This document shows, piece after piece, positions 12,059 to 24,954 of a DNA stretch of 64,000 nucleotides. A program made the translations under genes and the position numbers. The first letter of the stretch is position 1. Each line of letters begins with the position of its first letter. Under the pieces are notes generated by a model. The model did not search any database and had not been told where the DNA came from. It saw nothing but the letters and a program-made list of their open reading frames with translations. Location of the stretch: NCBI GenBank assembly GCA_024137785.1, contig JAHRHZ010000018.1, forward strand, positions 31,615,515 through 31,679,514, written 5' to 3'. The stretch is from Ginglymostoma cirratum (Eukaryota).

Positions 12059-13084
12059 CTGTGACCCTCTCTGCATATTATCCTTGCTGCAGCATTACAA
12101 GAATAGTTACCAGTCCTGTCCAAGGTACAACATTAAAGTTCAGAAGCATTCTGTAAGTGGATCAAAGATGTGCCATGAGGGTTGTCAGAGGCTCGAACAT
12201 GCCAGATACCAATGTCTGTGGGCATGAGGTCAGTTGGCGGCTAATTTCCAAGATGAAAATCATTTGGAGCAAGTAGTAAGCTGAATCTACCAGGTAGTTA
12301 CTTTAGTTTCCTTGTGGTTTTTTTATTCATTCACGGATGAGGGTATCACTGACTAGGCCAACGTTTATGGTCTGTCCCTGTTTTCCTGACATTAGGCTTG
12401 TTTGCCAAGTTTGGTAAGATACGAAATAAAATCAAGTGCTGTGGTAAAAAAGACACAGAGTTAATATTCCAAATCTGATATAACTCTTCTTTGGAACTAA
12501 AAGGAGTTGAAAATGTTGGTTTTTATGCTGCAGAGAGAGGGGGAGCACAAATGAGAGAACAGAATGGGATCAAAAGACAAAGGATTACTAATGGTGGTGA
12601 AGGATAGATAGAGCTGTAAGATAGGTATAAATGAATAGGTGTTCACTAAACCCTCTGGCCTTCCCTTCTCTGTTTTTATTTCAGTTTCTGCCCCATAGAA
12701 TATATGAATATTGAAGACGCTGGAAGGGTTGACTTTACTTCTGTTCATCCTGCTAGTTTTAAGAAGGAAATGAAGGACCCTAATGTCTCCAGTCAAATCC
12801 TACCTCAGACATGGTGAACATGCACATAAACCTGTCTGTCCAAATAGAACATTAATGATGGACCTAGTACAGTAAAGTGGACAATTTGAAAGGAGAATGA
12901 TTTGATTATAATAACTTATATAATTTATTTTTCATTGATAACTCATAATTCTAGTATCTCATATCTAGTGAAACGTTAATATGAAATTGAAATTTAAGGA
13001 TTCATGTCTATAAAAATTGCCCTTGTACTCTGATTATGTGCAAGTTTCATTTACGTTCAGAAGGACCTGGAAACCATTTTCTGG

Positions 13085-13960
13085 TTTGTCTCAGGATGAG
13101 ATGATGCTGTGAACAGTACATTTATTACTCATCCTTAATTGCCTGGAAATGGTGCTTCCGAACCTGTTCCTTCAGGCACTGATGGTACACTACATAGTTG
13201 ATAGGTAGGAAATTTCAATATATTGATGCTACGTCAATGAAGGCACTAAGATAAGAATCCAAGTTAGGATGGTGCATGACTTAGATAAGAAACTGGAGAT
13301 GATGGTGTTCTCTATATCTTGCAGCTTGATCTTTCCCTGCGCCATCCCTGTAGCTTTAACACTATATTCTGCATTCTATTACCCTGATGTACTTATGTAA
13401 GGTATGATTTGTTTCGTTAGCATGCAAAACAATGCTTTTCACTGTGTCTTGGTACATGTGACAATAATAAATCAAATTAAATCATCACTGTAGCAGACGT
13501 TGCAGCGCAGGGAGGCATGGCTGTCCATCGTATAGATTGTCCATACTCCTGTACCGATGGTGGAAAGGAGTTGATATGTTGATCAATATGAGCATCAATC
13601 AAGCAAATTGCTAGGTGAAGGCTGGTGTTGCATTTCTAGCCAACCATTGTAGCTGCTTTCATCCAGGAGGGTGGTGTGTAATCCATCATATTCCTACCAT
13701 GTGCCTCACAAAGGGCAGGGAGGCTTTGAGGAGTCAGAGGACGAGCCACACATCCCAAGAAGTTATTAATGTGGCTGGTTCAGTGCAACTATCAATGGTG
13801 AGCCCCTGGATATTTCTAGATGATCTTTACTTGGCACTTATGTGATATAAATATTACTAATCACTTGTCAGTCAAACCTAAATGTGTCCAAGTTGGTTTG
13901 TTATCTATTCAGTTACGAATGGAGGTGAACACTTAGATCATTAGTGGTGATAACTTCTCC
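13085..13960 (-). mobile_element. Old CR1-like LINE fragments, interrupted at about 13340-13485
   Basis: Patchy similarity to the reverse complement of 1600-2340. Confidence 0.55.
13345..13485 (+). mobile_element. Rex1/Babar-type LINE 3' UTR
   Basis: Terminal TTTTCACTGTGTCTTGGTACATGTGACAATAATAAATCAAATTAAATCA, with the (AAATC)n-like tail typical of this clade (from memory). Confidence 0.55.
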
Positions 13961-14120
13961 TCTTGTACTCAGAACCTGTCTCCAAGTTATTGTGTGGGTG
14001 TAGGAAACTGAAAGATGAAAGATATGTGACTACCTGTTGAGACTGCTGGCTGATCATGGCCATGTACTAGTATCTGAATATCTGTAAGAAACATATTAAA
14101 AACAAACATCTATCATGGTT

Positions 14121-14244
14121 AGAGATAGTAGGAACTGCAGATGCTGGAGAATCCGAGATAACAAGGTGTCGAGCTGGATGAACACAGCAGACCAAGCAGC
14201 ATTATAGGAGCAGGAAAGCTTGACATTAGGGGCTAGACCCTTCT
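14121..14244 (-). mobile_element. Penelope-like pLTR end (family A), short insertion
   Basis: Highly similar to the reverse complement of 40431-40554. The 5' end lies inside the HHR motif. Confidence 0.85.
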
Positions 14245-14394
14245 TTATAGCCATTTGTTGAAGTAGAATTCACCCTACAAACAGATATATGTTAACTGAA
14301 CTGAAATTTTGTTCTTGAAAGCTCAATTAAAAATTCAAATTATTTGCCTGAAAAATAAGTACAGCAATTTCAAAGAGGAAATAATCTTTTAACT

Positions 14395-15095
14395 CATCAA
14401 GGAGGTGCAAGCTTCACTGGCTGAGTCAGCATTTATTACCCATCCTAACTGCCCTTGGGAAAGTGATAGTATGCTACCTTCTTGAACTGCGATGGTCCTT
14501 GGGTTGAGAGTAGGTACACCCACAGTGCTGTTCGAGAAGGAGTGCCAGGATTTTGATCCAGAGATATTGAAGGAACCAAGTCAGGATAATGAATGGCTTG
14601 GAGACAAGCCTGCAGATATTTGTTCTCCAATGTATCTGCTGCCTTTGTCCTTCTAGATGGTAGTGTTCCTGGGTTTTGAAGGTGCTATATAAGGAATCTT
14701 GGTGAATTTCTGCGGTACAACTTGTAGATGGCACACATTGTTGCTATTGTGTGCTGGTGGGGAAATGAGTAAATGTTGTAGATTTGGTGCTGATTAAGCG
14801 GCCTGCTTTGTCAAGGAAAGTGTCAAGCTTTTTGAGTGTTGTTGGAACTGCACCCAGCCAGCCAAATAATGACTATTCCTTCACATTCTTGAGATACCTC
14901 ACAAATTGTGGTCCTGATGAAGGGCCCTCCCCCAAAACGTTGACTTTCCTCTGATGCTGCCTGACCTGCTGTGTTACCCCAGCTCCACACTGTATTGACT
15001 CTGACTTCCAGCATCTGCAGTTCTTGCTATCTCTTGTTATAGATGGTGGACAGTCTTTGGGGAATCCGGAAGTGAGTTATTCCAGCAGTACTGTA
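14395..15095 (-). mobile_element. CR1-like LINE 3' part, hosting a PLE-end insertion at 14912-15034
   Basis: Reverse complement of the 63140-63740 family. Confidence 0.8.
14912..15034 (+). mobile_element. Penelope-like pLTR end (family A variant) starting at the HHR CTGATGA
   Basis: CCTGATGAAGGG...AAAACGTTGAC...GATGCTGCCTGACCTGCTGTG...CCAGCATCTGCAGTTC. Confidence 0.75.
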
Positions 15096-15481
15096 AACCC
15101 AGCAACAAACCAGGAATAGATTCCAGGTTTTAGCACCAGTGAGCTGATAAGAGTGCTTCAGATGTAAAGCTGCATTATCCCTAGAAGCTAAAATAATACA
15201 CAGCTGCAGTGAACTAATCAAAATGCAGACTGGGTTCATAAAATATAAAATGGAATAAAAATTTTATGTAAGTAATTAATAGTGAAGGAGTCAATGTGGT
15301 GAGCAGCACATTAGTATAACACATAAGACAGGAAGTATTGAAGCAATAAGATACTGATGGCGTACAGATGAAGCAGAACAGATGGAGGATAGAGATACTT
15401 TTTTTTGGAATGTCATTAAAGTCTTTTAAAGAAATAATTGGGAAAGTGAGTTGAGCATTGTCACTTTACAGAAAGAAGAGT

Positions 15482-15698
15482 CGTAGAGTCAAACAGCATG
15501 GAAAGAGAAACTTTGGTTCAAACAGTTCAAGCCGACCATGTTCCCAAACTAAACTGGTCCCACCTGCCTGCACCTGGGCCATATCCCTCCAAACCTTTCC
15601 AATGATGAACTTATCCAAATGTCTTTAAAAAGTTGTAAATGTACCTGCATTCACCACTTTCTCTAGCAATTCATGCCAAAACAAAACCACTCTCTGTA
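15482..15698 (-). mobile_element. HER1-type CR1 LINE 3' end
   Basis: Matches 22980-23185 (AGTCCCA..TGCC.GC...TGG.CCATATCCCTC.AAACC). Confidence 0.75.
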
Positions 15699-15829
15699 AT
15701 GGATTGCAAAAAGCATAGCACCCGAAAAACAGAATGGATTTAGTTTTAACATGATCATTGGTATCAAAGACAGAAAGAAAATGTCAACAAATGATTATAC
15801 CAGATCAAGACTAGCCATAGTCCAATAGA

Positions 15830-16100
15830 AATTACATATAAACAAATTGCGCTATAATGTAAAGTCACTGGCATCTGTTATAAAGAAAGTAATTCAAGTT
15901 TATTAAACAAGAGTGAAGAGAATAAATCTGATTCATTGTGGTTTTAGTGAAGGCAGATCCAATTCTTAGGGGAATTTTTTAATGATGCATCAGAATTGTA
16001 GATGATGGTATAGTAATGTTGGGAAAATTTTGTTATGCTTTGATTTTCAGAAGCTATTTAACAGACTATCTCAGATTTGTGGCTGATATGAAAATCTCTA
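15830..16100 (+). mobile_element. Very old CR1 RT fragment
   Basis: Remnants of GF..GRS..EFF and GATTTTCAGAAGCTATTTAAC (DFQK.F). Confidence 0.45.
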
Positions 16101-16689
16101 GGGATCAAGAAGGGAACAGTAAATTTGACTTTATCGTAAGAACCACACAATACTGAGAAATGTTGGATCAAATACACATGTATCAAAACAACAGTAGGAA
16201 CATTAAATAAAGTACAACTATGGATAATATTTTACTTGATTTGGAAAATAAGACTGGATATTTAGGTCCAGCTGCTGCTGCTTTCAGCGTGACTTGACAG
16301 CTACTACAGTAGTCCCATCAGCCTATCTGCCTGTTCTCCACTCCACCCCATCACCATACCATTTTGTGAAGGAATGAGGTGACAACAGGACTACATATCT
16401 ACACATGGCAGGTATCCATGTAAAAATTAGGATTTGAGGTCCCCAGTTACCTAGAGTAGGCAGCCAACTATTCATGAGTAACTTTTTAAGTTTAAGTAGT
16501 TAAAGTTTTTATTAAGAATCGGCAGTTTAGTTAAAATACTTGAGCTAAATAGTCAGGGAAGGTATATACCCTGTGACGTTAATCCTGGAAGTCCCTACCT
16601 AACAGCATTATGGGTCTCCCCACACTTCAAGGAATACTGTGGTTCAAGAACACAGCTTACAACATCTCCTCTTACAATTATCCTGAGCC

Positions 16690-17720
16690 TTCATTTTGTG
16701 TCTGCCATTTTCCCTTGCCTCTGGTGCAAGACGTTCTTCATGATATGCCACCTGCTTGGCTCCCTTCTCCATATCCTCCTCATTGAATTAGGACTGGTGA
16801 CCGACCTTGTCCTCATCATTCAGGATCATCCCTCTCCATGGGACTCAATTGTATAGAGCACAGAACACAAATATGATTCACAAGAAACTCTCTGGGTCAT
16901 ACTGAAAGAATTCATCAGATTTGTCTAGTCACATACATCCCATCTTTAGTAGCTCAATTGCCTGCTTGATAGTTGCTTCAGTCAACCTGTGATTGGAGAT
17001 TTTGGGTGATTATCCCCACTCCACTATGGTGTGGATTCCTCACAGGCACTTGTCTTGAATGGGTAACCCTTGCTCCCAGGAATCTATTCCTGAAGATGTG
17101 CAGAAGGTTAGAAATGTTGTGGCAGCTGGAGTGGTCAACTATGTTTCTGCTGTGGCTACTGTCCAGGAACTTTACACATGCCTGTGGCATTCACTTTTGG
17201 TGGTGACCAAGTGGTTGTACATAGATGGAATGCAAACCTTTCCTGTCAATGAAGATCTATGGCTGGTCCATATAAACTTTGTTGGCTACATGTATTCAGT
17301 CACTGACCTCTTGAACCTGAGGAAATCCAGTAATGATCCTGAAGCCAATGGACCCCTTCTTCTGACTGTTAATATCAGTGCAATAGTGTACATATTCACC
17401 TGTCCACTTAGGAGGCCATTTGTCATCACCTTAAAGTGACAAATGTTTGCTGCCTGGGAGATCCCATGCATTTCTTGAGTGGATTGCTTGAAACTGCCAG
17501 TTGAGAGCCACCATGATTTTCAGAGCCACTGACCCCATGGGTCTCAGTTCATGTTGAAACAGAGTGCACATGCCTGGATAATCTAAATCTGCACTGACCC
17601 TGCTTCTCGGGGTTTCTGGAGATGATTAACATTTGTACCAGGGGCTGTTCATTGGTATGCCCCTCTGTGACCTTCCAGCGGCAGGTCCTCCTGCTGGTGA
17701 TACAGGGGGCTCCAACAGTG
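16690..17720 (-). pseudogene. Near full-length decayed PIF/Harbinger (HARBI1-like) DDE transposase
   Basis: Ordered minus-strand remnants: CRFRLSR; VALKIMVALN; HGISQAA; ACVKFLDSSH (compare VCARFPGSCHD); FLGARV..PVRNP; TIKQAIELLKMGCM*LDKSDEFFQYDP..IIFVFCALYN. Multiple stops and frameshifts. Confidence 0.75.
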
Positions 17721-20237
17721 TTTGGCCAACACTCGCTCTGTATCACTTCTTCTCCAATTTACTTTCTTTTATTGAATTCTAGTGTGAAAATTTGTCTTGA
17801 CCTGAGAAGAGCCTCAGAAACCTCTGGTAGAGGAGCCATAAGTCATTTCAACTTTGAAGGACAGACCAAACCTGTGAGCTTCACATGTTTGCCTATTAAA
17901 CTATCCACCTTTTCCCTTGGCTTTGACCTTCAAAAATTGGAACTTCTGACTGTTGTGTATTTCTGTTCTCTGTTTAGCAGCAATTTTCATTGCTGGTTCT
18001 CCCCTCATTTCGCTGTTTATTTTTCTTCCCATCACCCAGCCACCTTTTCGTGCCACTTCTAACCAATCTGTAGAACTATCTTTTACTTCTCCTAACTCAA
18101 CCCCTCATATACCTGATCTGACCCGCTTTCTAAACTCACCCTCAGCCCTGTCACCTTTTGTTTAAATCCCATCTTCCTTTACCAGCTCAGAACCCCATCC
18201 ATTCCCATTCTCGCTTATTACTGTTTCTTTCATCCCGTCAATTTTTCTGATTCTGAATGCTCATTATCCTCTGTGCTATACATCACTGTACAAAACATGG
18301 CTGTGAATTTACAAGATGATATCTTTCTAACGGCCTAAACTTATGTTGACCGGAAAGTGCTTTGGGACAATCTGAGGTTATGAACGGCGATGTCTAAATG
18401 CGAGCTGTTCCAACTTTAGTTAGTTGAAGTGTATGAGCATTGGGCTGGGCTGCTGGCAGAAGCCTGTAATCAGTGAGGCCAGGCTGAAGCTAAGAGCAGG
18501 ACCCTGAGTAGGATCTCTGTTAAATGGGATCAAGCATGAAATAAGTTCCTGCCAGCTGTCAGCCAAGGGATAGCCCTGTGACTGGCAGGTGAGGGTGGGG
18601 CCAAGAATGTAAAATGAGAAATTACAACTGACAGCACAACCTGAAAAGCAGGTTTGGGGGGCAGAGGCTGTGAACAAGGTGAGGGAACAAGAAGGTTCCC
18701 TCATGCCACCAGGAAGAGGTGTAAGTCCATTAACTGTCGCGCGGTTGGTTTTTCCCCATTAAGAATTAAAGTTCAATGGTCTTTAATAGTTTTCCTCATT
18801 TTAAACATTTACATAGCAGTTGCCATGATAAAGCTTGGGAGATTAAAAACACTACTCAAAAATCATAAATATCGAAAGTAAGATTTATGAAGAGGAAACA
18901 TGCTCTGTTTGTATGTCTTCCATTTTATGGAGATAAAAAGGTCAAGAAAAGGGCCATTCAATTATTACATCTTTTCATGAATAAACATCTTAATGCATAA
19001 AATTCCTGAGGTAGGCTCTGTATAAATGAACATATTCATCCATCATTAAACTTCTGTGCTTGATCCTGGGATGCTGTCCTCCATCACTTCAGATGCAGAA
19101 AACCATTGTGTCTAAAACACTATTTGATTATTCTCATCTCTAGCTGTTCCGACAACCTCCAAGCCTGTTTCAACAGGATTTATGAAGTGGGGTTCTTTCA
19201 GAACTGCTTTTTTAATTGGTTGCATCAACATCTTACCATTATACATTGTTGAACTATTTAGGTCATCTGATTTTATTGTCTAAGCAATAAATTTGTTCAG
19301 CGGCAAAAGCCACATCATCTGGATCCTGTCAACCAGATGGGAGAGTCACAACAAATGCCAGATTCCAATGTTTCTTCTAGACATTTACAGCTCCCATGAC
19401 AGTACTGAGAAAAGTATTTTGTTAATAATATCGTAAAAGGAATAGTGTCATCATAGGAAATATTACTTTGTACTAATCTAACTATGTAAACACTAAAACA
19501 CAGAAATTTGTTCTATTTAGGAATTGTACATTAATGGACACTGGTATGACATGCAGTTTTTTTTCATACATTTGTTGTTTTTTAATAGCCTATAAAACAT
19601 ATTGAACAAAGGACAATTTCTAAAGTCTCCAATAACCTAAATCTGTTTCTCTAGGTTTATCTGATTGTACTTCTTGCTCATCTGGTTTCCTTTCATGGAT
19701 TTGCATCTTTTACCATGACAGCTGAATTTTCCCAAAAATGTTAATAAGGATAGTACAACAGACATGAAAAATAATATGTGGTGGAGAAAAGAAAATAGAC
19801 ATTTTCAGTGTAAAACTTTACACTTCTTTAAACTAATCACAGATGAAGTTTGTGGGACGAGGCTAATGCGACACACAGTCAGTTCTATGTTGTAATGAAC
19901 CAGAAGTGATAATAGGAGGAGCTTTGGTAATTAGAAAAATAGATTTAGGTGAAAAAGAGGAATTTACAAGCTCCAACATTGAGTAACATGGAGCTACAGC
20001 TTTGAGATTCAATCTTGACTCCTACCATTTGAGCTTCTGAGTATCCAACCCCATGTTTGATAATGTCCGTTTCTCTTTTATTTGGCGACATAGTAAAGAC
20101 TGAATTTTCTTATTTTACTTTATTTTTGTCGGTGGACTAAAAAGGGGAAAGTACATTATTTAAACTAAACAATAGCTGTGGACGTAATAGCTGCACTTTT
20201 TAAAAAATAAAGTTACTGGAACTCATTGTGAGATGTA

Positions 20238-20326
20238 ACGGGGATGGGCTTAGATTAGTTCACAGGTCGGCGCAACATCGAGGGCCGAAGGGCCTGTTCT
20301 GTGCTGTATTGTTCTATGTTCTATGT
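20238..20326 (+). mobile_element. CR1/HER1-type 3' tail
   Basis: GGTCGGCGCAACATCGAGGGCCGAAGGGCCTGTTCTGTGCTGTATTGTTCTATGTTCTATG, a CR1 tail with TTCTATG repeats. Confidence 0.7.
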
Positions 20327-20596
20327 ATTTACACCGTTTCTTTGCAAGCCATGGAGGAGGACAGATAAGATGCCACACCATTAGGAGTTGTGTATAGAGT
20401 AAGATTCATCCAGCAAAAGATTGCTGATTGGTTTGTGCAATTGTGACTGACTGAAGTCATCAGCCTGACAACAACTTTCTGATTAGTTTCTGTATCATTC
20501 AGTACCTGAAACCCAAAGAAAGCTACCTATTTGCTTACGCTAATTGCTACAAGCTGTTGCCTTTAACCTTAATTAGTGTACCATTCACTCTGTCCT

Positions 20597-20905
20597 CATA
20601 GAATCCCTTCAGTGTGGAAACAGGCCCTTCGGCCTTACAAGTCCACACCGACCCACACAGCATCCCACCCAGACCCATCCCCCTAATCTACACATCCCTG
20701 AATGGTACAGGCAATTTAGCATGGCCAATCCACCTAGCCTGCACATCTTTAGACTGTTGGATGAAACTGGAGCACCCAGATAAAACCCACGCAGACACGG
20801 GGAAAATGTGCAAGCTCCACACAGACAGTCACCTGAGGGCAGAATCAAACCTGGGCCCCTGGCGCTGTGAGGCAGCAGTGCTAACCACTGAGCCACCGTG
20901 CCGCC
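20597..20905 (-). mobile_element. HE1-type V-SINE, full length
   Basis: tRNA head GGCGGCACGGTGGCTCAGTGGTTAGCACTGCTGCCTCACAGCGCCAGG, V-domain TCCCCGTGTCTGCGTGGGTTT, and CR1-type tail ending GGGATTCTATG. Confidence 0.9.
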
Positions 20906-22979
20906 ACTCCCTGCAAAGAAATGAAAGAAGCTGAAGAAGGAGATTAGAAAATAGAAGGTTATTGGAAGGAAAAGGAATATCTCATCAGTCCTGTGGACTA
21001 GTGCTATTGAATTGTGTTTTCCTAGTATCTGTTGTGTGGGTGTGTAGGAACTATTCAAAAAGGGGATTAAAGTTTCAACTAGTAGACTTGGATGTTAATA
21101 GCTCATAGTTTTATTTATCTGTGACTGGAACTTATTTCAATGTGTTAAGTAGTAATTTTTCACAAAATAGTTTTCTGTCTGCTTGATTCCATCAGACTGT
21201 GAGTTATAACAGTGTTCATACTTCCATAAATACTAAATCATTATTACACTTCTCAAAATGTGTATTCTAAATTTCTCCTCTTTCACTAGCTATCATCCTG
21301 CCTCCAAAGTTTTTGTCCTGTTAGCTTTGACCATTTTATTGAATTGCAACTCTGTCATCTCCATGACCAACATTACTATCATCTCCTTGACCAACAATCA
21401 ATCTAACTTTTGCCCAGCCGCAGTACTGAGCGTGCAATGGTCAAAATTGTAATTAGCATTCTGTCATCATCAATATTCTCCTACATTTCTAATCTGTGAC
21501 AGTTTCTCATTATCGACCACCTATACCTTCCTTCAGTCCCTTTTCCCCTTAGTTCACTTCCAGGATACTGGTGTCTCTTCCCTAAGTAAACACAAGCACT
21601 ATTGTACATTGGTGGAACTAGCTTCAATTCTGCTGCCTACGCGTCACCTCTAACGTACCCTAAATATCTTTCCGTGGTCCCTTTCTCTCCACTACCTGTT
21701 ACATTTGATTGATTCACATTGGTGACATTCTGCAGAAGCGTAGGACTGGCTTCCATATGAATATTGGTGACTTGAATATGTGGATATACCAACAAGGAAA
21801 GAGAGTAGGCCACTCGTCCCTTGAAGGCCTTGTCCATCATTCAATAAGATCATGCCCGATCTTGATCTGATTTTCACTTTAATTCTACATTCTTGCATAT
21901 CCCTGATATTCTTTCATCCCCTTGGTAATCAAGAATCTATCAACCTCTGCCTTAAAACTATTTATAGATTCTGTGTCCGCTAACTTTTGAGGAAGGGAAT
22001 TTCAGAGTCAGAGCCCTCAGAGAAAAAAAGTTTCCTCATCTCAGTTTTAAATAAGTGCCCTCTAATATAAAACCCTAGTTCTAGATTCTCCAACAGCAAG
22101 AAACATCCTCACCATATCGACTTGGTCAAATCTCCTGAGGATCTTGTATATTTCAATTAAATCACCGTCGACTCTTCCAAACTCCAGAGGATTAGGGCCT
22201 AAGCTGTCTAACCTTTTCTCATAAGACAATCTGCTTATTCCAGGTATTACTCAAGTAAACCTTCTCTGAACTGCTTCCAATGCATTAACATCCTCCTGTA
22301 AGTAAGGTGACCAACACTGTACGCAGTACTTGAGATGTGGTCTCACTATGTATAATTGCAGCACAGCCTTCCTACTCTTGCATTCAATTCCCCTCTCACT
22401 TAACCGTAACATTCTATTAGCTTTGCTGTTTACTTGCTGTACCTCAATTTTCTGTGATTCATGCATTGGGAAACTCTGATCTCTCTGCATCATCTCAACA
22501 TTTAGATAATGTTTTTTGTATTCTTTCTGCCAAAATGGCCAATTTAACACTTTCCTACTTTGTACTTCATTTTTCAGATCTTTGCCCACTCACTCAACCT
22601 ATGTATCTCCCTTTGTAGGGTCCTTACGTCCTCTTCACAATTCACTTTCCTCCCTATTTCTGTGTCATCAGCAAATTTAACGACCATATGTTTATTGCTT
22701 TCATCCAAAATCATTTATATAAATTGTAGAGTTCAGACCCCAGTACCAGTCCCTGTGGCATGCCACTTGCAATATCCTGCCAGCCTGAAAAAGGCCTATT
22801 TATTCCAACTCCCCTGGGATGCTATTTGTATCCTCTTTAGAGAAGACCAATCCAAAATATCAGTTCAATTCATCTGTCATTTCTTTATCCTCCATTACTA
22901 ATTTACCAGACTCATTTTCTTTACAACCAACATTTATTTTGTTAATTATGTTTTTTTTTAAATATTCGAAGAAACTTTT

Positions 22980-24307
22980 AGAGTCATAGAGATATATGGT
23001 ACGAAAACAGACCCTTTAGTCCAACATGTCCATGCTGACCAGATATCCTGAATAAGTCTAGTCCCATTTGCCAGCTTTTGGCCCATATCCCTCTAAACCC
23101 TTCCTATTCATATACCCATTTGGATGCCTTTTAAATGTTGTAATTGTACTAGCTTCCACTAGTTCCTCTGATAGCTCATTCCATACACATAGAATACAGT
23201 GTGGAAGAAGGCCATTCAGCCCATTGAATCCACACCGACACTCCGAAGAGCATCCCACCCAGATCCACCACATATCCCTGCACTTCCCATGGTTGACCCT
23301 CCTAGCCTGCATGTCCCTGGACACTATTGGCAATTTACCATGGCCAATCCACCTAACCTGCATATCTTTGAACTGCGAGAGGAATCCAGATCACCTGGAG
23401 GAAACCCACACAGACATAGGGATAACATGCAACCTCCACACAGATAGTCACCCGAGGCTGGAATCAAAACCAGATCCCTGGCACTGTGAGGCAGCAGTGC
23501 TAACCACTGAGCCATCATGCCACCTTCTGCATGAAAAAGTTGTCCCTTAGATCCCTTTTAAATGTTTCTCCTCTTACCTTAAACCTATGCTGTCTAGTTT
23601 TGGACTCCCCCACCCTGGGGAAAAGACCTTGTCTATTTACCCTATCCATGCTCCTTATGATTTTATAAATTTCTATAAGGTCTACCCTCAGCCTCTGACA
23701 CACCAGGCAAGATAGCCCCAGTCTAATCAACCTCTCCCTATAGCTCAAACCCCCCAATCTTGGCAACATCCTTGTAAATCTTTTCTCAACCCTTTCAAGT
23801 TTCAAAACATCCTACCTGTAGCAGAGAAACCAGAATTGCATGCAGTATTCCAGGAGTGGCCTAACCAATGTTCTGTACAGCCGCAACATAACTTCCCAAC
23901 TCTTATACACAATGCACTGACCAATAAAGACAAGCATACCAAATGCCTTCTTCACTATCCTATCTACCTGGGACTCCACTTTCAAGGAACTATGAACCTG
24001 CACTCCAAGGTCTCTTCATTCAGCAACACTCTCCAGGACCTTACCATTAAATGTATAAGTCCTGCCCTGATTTGCCTTTCCAAAATGCAGCACCTCACAT
24101 TTATCTAAATTAAGCTCCATCTGCCACTTCTCGGCCCATTGGCCCATCTGATTAAGATCTCGTTGTACTCTGAGATAATGTTCTTCGCTGTCCACTACTC
24201 CTCCGTTTTTAGTGTCATTTGCAAACTTACTAGCGTGTGTTTGTGTGTTCATATCCAAATCATTTATATAATTGATGAAAAGCCGTAGATCCAGCACTAA
24301 TCCTTGT
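22980..24307 (-). mobile_element. HER1-type CR1 LINE, 5'-truncated
   Basis: ORF2 remnants FINYINDLD..SKFANDTK..KCEVLHFG, VRPLLEYCMQFW and LERVEKRFTRMLP. Confidence 0.9.
23188..23522 (-). mobile_element. HE1-type V-SINE nested in the HER1-type LINE
   Basis: Same head, V-domain and tail as 20597-20905. Confidence 0.9.
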
Positions 24308-24310
24308 TCC

Positions 24311-24688
24311 AGAGATAAAAGGTACTGCAGATGCTGGAGAATCCGAGATAACAAGGTGTGGGGCTGGATGAACACAGCAGGTCAAGCAGCATCATAGGAG
24401 CAGGAAAGCTGACGTTTCTCGATGGTGTCAGGCTTTTTCGGAATGCTGTTGGAGCATCCAGGCAAATGGAGAGTATTCCATCACACTTCTGACTTCTGAC
24501 TGGTCGACAGGGTTTAAGAAGTGAGTTGTTTAATGTAGAATTCCTAGCCTCTCACCTGCTCTTGTAACCGCAGTACTTATATTGCTAGATAACAAGGTGT
24601 GGAGCTGGATGAACACAGCAGGCCATGCAGCATCATAAGAGCAGGAAAGCTTGGCCTGCTGTGTTCATCCAGCCCCACACCTTGTTAT
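24311..24688. mobile_element. Composite PLE-derived insertion: pLTR end + about 170 bp CR1-like fragment + pLTR end + inverted pLTR stub
   Basis: Bounded by the perfect 16-bp direct repeat CACTAATCCTTGTTCC (24295-24310 and 24689-24704). Confidence 0.8.
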
Positions 24689-24741
24689 CACTAATCCTTG
24701 TTCCTATCTGTTTTTATATTTTTGGCTAACTTTCTCTCATA

Positions 24742-24954
24742 TAGGTAGTTCTCCTATAATGCGACAATTGCATTCTCGTGTGACCTTATACTATAGAAAA
24801 TCATTGTAGAAAATCATATTATAGGGAAATCACTATCGAAAATTGCTATAATATATAACAGAAAGTTCATATTTTTCAAGCAGCATCCATTATTCATCAA
24901 TCACATTGCAACCAATTCACATTAACAAAACACGCATTATAACAGAACTACCCG
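24742..24954. mobile_element. MITE, probably Tc1/mariner-pogo type
   Basis: 22-bp TIRs: TAGGTAGTTCTCCTATAATGCG versus CGGGTAGTTCTGTTATAATGCG (reverse complement), 18/22 matches. TA on the left, TG on the right. Internal CTATAGAAAATCA-like subrepeats. Confidence 0.7.

Noticed and set aside
20609-21058. ORFs over HE1 SINEs (also 23068-23550, 36905-37279, 58685-59147)
   Set aside because: They are translations of a non-coding SINE that recur at every copy.
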